NCBI GenBank assembly: GCA_964016885.1
Contig: OZ024749.1
Span: 19,716,001-19,780,000, forward strand
Source of the DNA: Eledone cirrhosa
Taxonomy: Eukaryota
Reading direction: 5' to 3'
DNA: 64,000 bases
Numbering within the stretch: the stretch's first letter is position 1; each line of letters starts with the position of its first letter. The position numbers and the translations under genes were made by a program. This document shows, one piece after another, positions 49,958-58,900 of this stretch. A model generated the notes under the pieces. The model was not told the DNA's origin. It worked only from the letters and a program-made list of their open reading frames with translations, and searched no databases.

Positions 49958-52900
49958 GTGAGTCTTACCTTGTGGTGGTGGTGTGGTGGTGGTGGTGGTG
50001 GTGTGGCTGTGGTGGTGTGGCTGTGGTGGTGGTGGTGGTGCTCTGATGAGAGAGGGCAGCGTTAACAGGGAGATAAAAGCTGTGGACGGTGGTGGTCTGG
50101 TGGTGGTGGTGGTGACTGGAAATGGTGGTGTGGTGTAGTATTGTGGGTGATACTGGAGGTGGAGGTGGTGTGGTGTAGTGTAGTATTGTGTGTGACACTG
50201 GAGGTGGTGTGGTGGTGTGGTGTATTGTGGGTGATACTGGAGGTGGTGGTGTGGTGTAGTATTGTGGGTGATACTGGAGGTGGTGTGGTGTAGTATTGTG
50301 GGTGACACTGGAGGTGGTGTGGTGTATTGTGGGTGACACTGGAGGTGGTGTGGTGTTGTATTGTGGGTGATACTGGAGGAGGTGGTGTGGTGTAGTATTG
50401 TGGGTGATACTGGAGGTGGAGGTGGTGGTGTGGTGTAGTATTGTGGGTGATACTGGAGGAGGTGGTGTGGTGTAGTATTGTGGGTGACTCTGGAGGTGGT
50501 GTGGTGTAGTGTTGTGGGTGACACTGGAGGAGGTGGTGTGGTGTAGTATTATGGGTGACACTAGAGATCATTATATGAAAAACACTGTACAGACAACAAG
50601 AAAACCAATAACAAGATTCGCCAAATATAGAAAAGACATTTATCATATGTACTACATAGTCAGTGATGCTAGCCACCACATCACATGTCAATCTATTGTG
50701 TTATGTAATATTTATGTATGTGTTTGTTTTATCCAGAATTTGAGGAAGGAGTCCCAGCTCATCTGTTGGCCTACCTCTGTACTACATAGCCAGTGATGCT
50801 AGCCACCACATCACATGTCAACCTATTGTGTTATGTAATATTTATGTATGTGTTTGTTTTATCCAGAATTTGAGGAAGGAGTCCCAGATGATGACAACAG
50901 AGCAGCTCGTCTGTTGGCCAACCTCTGTACACTTGGTCATCCTATTGGAAACTTTATTGAAGGTAAGTTGTTGCTACTACTATTATTGCTACTACTACTA
51001 CTACTGCTACTACTACTACTTCTGCTACTACTACTACTACTACTACTGCTGCTGCTACTACTGCTGCTACGACTACTGCTACTACTGCTGCTACTACTAC
51101 TGCTACTACTGCTACTGCTGCTGCTGCTACTACTACTACTATTACTACTACTACTACTTTCATCAACTTCTAACAGTTTTTAGGACAACTTCAAATTAAA
51201 ACCTCTACTTTTTCAAACCTTGGACCCATCCTGCCCAACCATTAACCAAAGCTATAAAATTCCTAGTATGGAAGAAACAAATTTTAGCGATTCGCTGATG
51301 AAAGTCTTTTAACTCTTTAGCATTTACATTACTCTATATTTACTATTGTATTTTTGTGGTAAAAGCTTTACTTCACATAATTATCTCACATAATATGGAA
51401 TCTATGAAATTTTGATGATATTTATTTTGAGAACAATACCTTAACATATGAGCAGCTGGTTACAGCCAGTTTGAGCAGAAAGAAGTGAGAGAATTCTGGC
51501 TGGATATGGCCGGTTTAAATGCTAAAGGGTTAAGTTAGAAAACTTTGAATAAAACACTGTTTTAATTCTTTATACACATTGTTTGGGCTTCCAGTCATAA
51601 ATGTTTTTTTATAATACTTGGATTATTTTCAACACTCTGACGTGTATGTGTATAAGTGTGTGCGTGTGTATACGTGCATATACATACATTTATATGTATA
51701 AGTATATAAATATAAACACATAAACACAGACACACAAAAATACACACTCACAGACATACATATACATTCACACAAATACACATACATTCATATAAACACA
51801 AACACACGCACATACATGGTGTGATGGACAGACAGAAGTTACACAAATTTATATATAGATTGTCAGAATGCTTTCGAAATCTGCTATGAATCTTAATTCA
51901 TATATCTTAATTTAAACTTTTCCCAATTTGAAATATAACCTTGTTTTTTTTTTTCGCATCAAATTTAAATATGTTGTGACAAACAGTTTGGGGGCCACTT
52001 ATATAACCCCATATATGTTTGGTGTAGGGAATTTTTTATCACTTAACACTGACCCCATAATTGTATAAGTGGTGAGGGTGTTGGGCTTACAGTCATAATG
52101 TTGTGGGTTCAATTCCTGGACTGGGTTGTGTGTCTTGTCTGTTCTTGAACTAAACACTTCATTTCACGTCGCTCCAGTATACTCAACTGAAAATGAGTAC
52201 CAGTAATATCTGGGAGTTTAACCCTGCGATGAACTGATGTCCTGTCCAGGTGGCGGGAAGTCTTGTATTATGTCGCTTCATGTCACAAAAACTGGAATAA
52301 GCACCAGGCCTGATGAACCTCTGGGCTCAAAACCAGACTTTAATACTGCGATGGACTGACATCCCGTCCAGGGGGGAGTCTTAAACTCTGTCGCTTCATG
52401 CCACAGAAACTGGAATAAGCACCAGACTGTTTAGCCTCTCGGCTCAAGACAGACTTTTGACTTATAGACATAATTAGGGTCCACTGATTTAACCCCATAT
52501 ATGTTTGGTTGTAGGTAATTTTATACCATTTCTCACTGACCCCAAAATTAAGAGTCGCTGATCTAACCCCATATATGTTTGGTTGTAGGTAATTTTATAC
52601 CATTTCTCACTGACCCCAAAATTAAGGGTCACTGATCTAACCCCATATATGTTTGGTTGTAGGTAATTTTATATCACTTTACATTGACCCCGAAATTAGG
52701 GACCACTGATCTAACTCCATATATGTTTGGTTGTAGGTAATTTTATATAATTTCTCACTGACCCCAAGATTAAGAGTCACTGATCTAACCCCAAATATGT
52801 TTGGTTGTAGGTAATTTTATACCATTTCTCACTGACCCCAAAATTAAGGGACACTGATCTAACCCCATATATGTTTGGTTGTAGGTAATTTTATACCATT

Positions 52901-55900
52901 TCTCACTGACCCCAAAATTAAGGGTCACTGATCTAACCCCATATATGTTTGGTTGTAGGTAACTTTATATCACTTTACATTGACCCCAAAATTAGGAACC
53001 ACTGATCTAACCCCATATATGTTTGGTTGTAGGTAATTTTATATCACTTTACACTGACCCCTTAAAAAGCAACATTGATGTGTACAGTCGGTTAAAGAAG
53101 TTTCACAAGAAGATGTATTCAGCCCATTTTATGACCCTTGCTGTCCAGTCAAAAGGTAAGTTGATCAATTGCTGTATCTTCTGGTAGATTAGTCACACCT
53201 CTATTTTACATATGTACATGTATAGTGTACCATATATTTTGAATTGGTGTTTTATAGGGGTGACATATCACATATACTCATGTATAAGTCATACATACAT
53301 TTATAGAGTACTATATATTTTGAATTGAAATTTTATAAGGGTGACATATCATACTTACTCGTGTATAAGTCGCAGCTCTATTATACATACATTTATAGGG
53401 GTGACATATCATATATACTTGTGTATAAGTCATATCTCTATTATATATACATTTATAGTGTACTATATATTTTTAATTGAGCTTTTGTAGGAGTGAGTTA
53501 CTATATATTTTCATGTGACTTGTAGATAAGATACCTATTTGACATACATATATTTACAATGTACCATATATTTTGAATTGAGGTTTTGTAGGAGTAATTT
53601 ACCATATATATACAATAAGTCACACCTCTTTTACATATATTTATAATGTACCGTATCTAAACAGCTACCACATACACTCCTTTCCAAATAGTTCACGTTG
53701 GTGACACACTTTTTAAATATAACATTTTTCATAACATGTTTAATTTTTGTTAGTGACTGAAAAAAATAAACAATGAATAAATAACTAATTAAGGGTTGAA
53801 CTGGTGTTTGGAACATAGCTTAACAAAACTTATTACATAAAGGGTTGAGCTGGTGTTTGGAACAGCTTAACATAGGTTATTACATAAAAATCACAAGGGG
53901 AACGTTTTTAGCTTAAAATAAGCAGTTTTATATTGTATAACCAAGGGTAGCTTCTGGCAGTTTAGCATCAAAAGGGTTGAGCTAGTGTTTGGGACAAAGG
54001 TTCTTACATAAAATAAACAGTTTTGTATCATAGGACCATGGGTTCTTTCAGGCCATTTAGTATCATAAGGATCAATAGATGTAAGCTCCAACAGATCTAA
54101 GCTCCGACAGATCTAAGCTCCAACAGATGTAAACTCTGACAGATGTACACTCCTACAGATGTACACTCTGACAGATGTAAGCTCCTACAGATGTACGCTC
54201 CCACAGATGTAAGCTCCGACAGATGTAAACTCCGACAGATGTAAACTCCGACAGATGTATACTCCGACAGATGTATACTCCGACAGATGTACATTTCAAC
54301 AGATGTAAAGTTGATGTCTAAAATTCTTCTTATGTGTTACCGACTTTCTCTTTGGTTTTCAGAAACACTCGATGTTCTTGAGGAATGGGTCAAGGAAATA
54401 TTCTCCCATATTCCAAATAAGTAAGGAATTTAACATTATATATGCTTCATCATTTATGTCTATTTTCTATGTTGGCATGGGTTGGACAGGTTGTCATGCT
54501 CCAAGTCACTTCATATTTGATTTTACTGTACTCTTTGGTTAGAAGACCACATCATGCTCAATATGTTATGCATTTTTGTTGTGGTTTCTACAGCTGGATG
54601 CCCTTCATATCATCAACCACTTTACAGAGTGTATATGGTGCAGTTTATTGTGGCACCAGTACTAGGGAGCTGGTTATGCCCTCGGCAGGACAAAAGAGTT
54701 TATTTGAATTTATGTTGTCTTCACTCATTTGCTAACCTTTTTATAGAATATACTGGGTGCAATTTGTTGTGGCACCAGCACTAGGGAGATTGTCATATCC
54801 CCAGCAGGACAAAACAGTTCTTTTGAATGTTTGTTGTCTTTACTCGTTTGCCAACCACTTTACAGAGTGTACTGTGTGCATTTTGTTGTGGTGCCAGCAC
54901 TAGGGTGGCTGTCATGTCTTCAGCAAGACAACAGAGTTCTTTCAACCATATATTATCTTCACTCATTTGCCAACCACTTTACAGAGTGTACTGGGTGTAT
55001 TTTGTCATGAAACTAACACTTGTGAGGTTATGTTCTCCTCAACAGGACAAAAGAGTTCTCTTGGTCCCCACCTTGTTTCTGTTTGATCCCTAAACATTTC
55101 ATACCATTTCATACCTTACCATAGTGACCACCACTAATGAAGGGATCTTTCCTGTTTTTTCAGCAAGGAAGCCAAACCAACATTCACTTCTGAACCAGTA
55201 AGGTTTTACATTTTATTTTGTTGCGTTTTAAATGTTATTCTTGACTCCTCATTTGTGTATGTTGTTGTGTTGCTAATGTGTTGTGTGTATATTGTGTTGT
55301 GTGTATGTTGTGTTGTGTTGTGTTATGTTGTTAATGTGTTGTGTTGTTAATGTGTTGTATATTGTATTGTGTTGTTAATGTGTTGTGTGTTGTGTTGCAT
55401 GTTGTGATGTGTTGTGTTATATGCTGTATTGTGTGCATTGTTAGCATGTTGTACATTATGTTGTTATTGTGTTATCAGTATGTGATGTGTTGTCAGTGTT
55501 TAAACCCTGTCACAATCCACAGCTGTTGTGAATCGGTTGGTTGTATGTTGTTAGTATGTTACTTGTTGTGTAACATTAGTGTGTTGTGTGTTTTCAGCAT
55601 ATGTTGACCCTGTTGTCAATGTACGTTGATAGTGTTGACCCTGTTGTGTGTATATAACAGTTTTGTGTATATAACACTGTTGTGTGTATATAACCTCGTT
55701 TTATGTATATAACACTGCTGTGTGTATATAACACTGTTGTGTGTATATAACCCCGTTTTGTGTATATAACCTTGTTGTGTGTATATAACCCGGTTTTGTG
55801 TATATAACACTGTTGTGTGTATATAACCCGGTTTTGTGTATATAACCCCGTTTTGTGTATACAACCCTGTTGTGTGTATATAACCTTGTTGTGTGTATAT

Positions 55901-58900
55901 ATAAATATATTCTAATGGTAAACACTAATCATCTTCATTTTACTGAAATTGTCATGTTTTGTCATAGACACTTAACTTCTGAGGGATTCATAGGGGCAGC
56001 ATTTTAAACCAGGCAGAACCCATTCCTTCTCCAGGCCTAAACACAGCCGATTTCTTCCAGAGCAGGAGAGAGGAAGTGAGAAAAAAGATATAGAAGAACA
56101 ACTAATGCCAGTATTTGACTTGCACTTATTTAACCCTTTACCATTCACATTACTCTATATATACTATTATATTTTCACAGTAAAGGCTTTATCTCACATA
56201 ATATTGAATCTGAGATTTTGATATTGTTTATTTTGAGAATAATACTTTAACAACAGTATAAAAGCACCCAGCACTCACTCTAAATGAGGTTGGTGTTAGG
56301 AAGGGCATCCAGCTGTAGAAATCAAGCCAAAATCAGTTCCTGTATGAGCAAGACAAGGTCAGCCGACTGGACACTGCTCACAACAGGACAACCCATCTAA
56401 CCCATGCTAGCGTGGAAGAACGGATGTAAAACGGTGAGGATGATGATGATGTTGATGATAAGCAGCCGGTTACAGCTGGTTTGAACAGAAAGTGGTGAGA
56501 GAATTCTGGCCGGATACAGCCGGTTTAAATGCCAAAGGGTTATGGCTAAGTTGACTTCAGCAAGGTTTGAACACAGATCCCAGAGAGTCGGTACAAATAC
56601 AGACCAGAAAGTATTCTATCTGACATTCTAAAGACTCTACCAATTCTTCATCATTACTGAAACTATTCTGTTATTTTACAATAGTTATAGAATCTATTTC
56701 TGTTACTTTTGTTTTTTGTATCTTTTACTTCAAGCTGTGCAATTATTTTTTTTATTTTTTCTTTCTTTTTCCAGTGTCCATTTGACACGCCAGAATTTGC
56801 CAAGTTTTATCGAGGTAACTGTATAGTACTTGGGCGCATACACACACACACACACATATATACATACATGCGTGCATATATATATATATATACATACACA
56901 CACACACACATATATACATACATGCACGAACATATATATATATATATACATGCACACACATATATATACATGCACACATATATATATTTATATATACAGA
57001 CATACACACACATATACATCCATCCATGTATTTATATGTATATATATACACATGCGCACATACATATCTATATATGTCTCTTTCTCCATGTATGTAGATA
57101 TATATATACACACACACATATCCTATCGAGTAGTTGGTGATATGAAGGGCATCTCCAGTCTAAGAAAACCTGTCAAACAAAGGGTCAGAATCTTTCTAGT
57201 ATTGATATCGTGATGTATCACACCCAGTACTCTTTTTAAAGGAAGGGCGTCCAACCATAGAAAACTTGCCTAACAAAGAGTCAAGAGGATCCGTCAGTAG
57301 TGTCAAAGAAACAACAACATCCCTAATGCTGGTGTCAAAATAAAAAGCACCCACTACACTCTGTAGATTGCAGGATCATATGTAACGAGATGTGGGGCCC
57401 TGCCTGACTGAGAAATCAATAGTTCTGATTTGGTTTTTGGTTGGTATCCAGTCCATCCCATGATAGCAGGGGAAATGGGCACATCATCATCATCATCATT
57501 TTACGTCCGCTTTCCGCTGCTTGCAAGGGTGGGATGGGAACTGATTCTGGCTTGATTTCTACAGCTGGATGCCCTTCCTAACACCAACCTCATGTACAAT
57601 GAGTGGTGAGAGCTTTTTTTTTTTTTTTTCGTGGCGCCTACACGTCCACTTTACAGTGTGGGCTGGGTGGTTTTTTGCTGTGGCACCTCCACGACCACTT
57701 TGTAGTGGAATGATAGGGACCCCAGTCCTATCATCTCATTTCTACAGCTGAGTAAACTGGAGAAATGTGAAATAAAGTGTCTTGCTCAAGCAAATAACAT
57801 ATCACCTGGTCTGAGAATTGAACTCACAACCTTTCGATTGCAAGGCCAATGCTTTAACCACTAAGCCATGTACCTCCACACACTTTTATAATCAGCCTCA
57901 CACACACACACATATATAATTAGCTTCACACACACTCATATATAATTAGCTGCACCAACATGCACACATTCACACGCATACAAACATATAATAAGCCTCA
58001 CACACACACACACATATATAATTAGCTGCACCCACATACACACACACAAATATATAATATACCTCGCACACACACACACACACAAATATAATAATGCCCC
58101 CCCCCACACACACACACACTCATACAATTAGCTTCACATGCACACACTCGTATAGTTAGCCACATAAATACTCATATAATTAGACTCACACACTCATATA
58201 AATAATCTCACACACACACACAAATAATAACACACTACCAACCATAAAATATATCTGTCTGTGTGTCATTTCAGTTGTATCAGTGAAAGACACCCATAAA
58301 GTTTCATTGAACTGGGCTCTGACTCCACTACAGAAACATTACCAGTGAGTATCAGTTACCTCCCATTCCTGTCTGTCTGTCTGTCTTCATTACATAAACA
58401 TTACCAGTGAGTATCAGTTTCCGCCCTTTCCTGTCTGCCTTCACTACATAAACATTACCAGTGAGTATCAGTTACCTCCCTTTCTTGTCTGTCTGTCTTT
58501 ACTTCATAAACATTACCAGTGATTATCAGTTACCTCCCTTTCCTGTCTGTCTTCACTACATAAACATTACCAGTGAGTATTAGTTACCTCCCTTGCTTGT
58601 CTGTCTGTCTTCACTACATAAGCATTACCAGTGAGTATCAGTTACTCCCTTTCTTGTCTGTCTGTCTTCACTTCATAAACATTACCAGTGAGTATCAGTT
58701 ACCTCCCTTTCTAGTCTGTCTGTCTGTCTTCACTACATAAACATTATCAGTGAGTATCAGTTACTTCCCTTCCCTGTCTGTCACAAATTCTTATTGTAGA
58801 TCCACAGTGGACAATTCTTGCCATCACCCACTGTCACACTGCATAATGTCACATGTCACATTCCTCCATACCACATCACGTCACATGTCTCACCAGTGTC

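Noticed and set aside
49928-50691. Three ~200-aa His/Thr/Pro-rich minus-strand ORFs (extensin-like)
   Set aside because: Open in all three frames because they translate a GT-rich minisatellite; antisense within an intron.
50828-51199. Poly-Leu, poly-Tyr/Cys and poly-Val/Ala ORFs
   Set aside because: Translations of the (CTA/CTG)n tract; only 50867-50962 (exon B) is coding.
54077-54309. 16-bp repeat as a copy of the exon D acceptor
   Set aside because: Units contain CAG but do not match the real junction TTTTCAG|AAACAC and lack a pyrimidine tract.
55341-58127. Multiple Y/I/H/T/C/V-rich short ORFs
   Set aside because: Mostly micro/minisatellite or SINE read-throughs; only the 40-nt exon F inside 56709-57140 is real.
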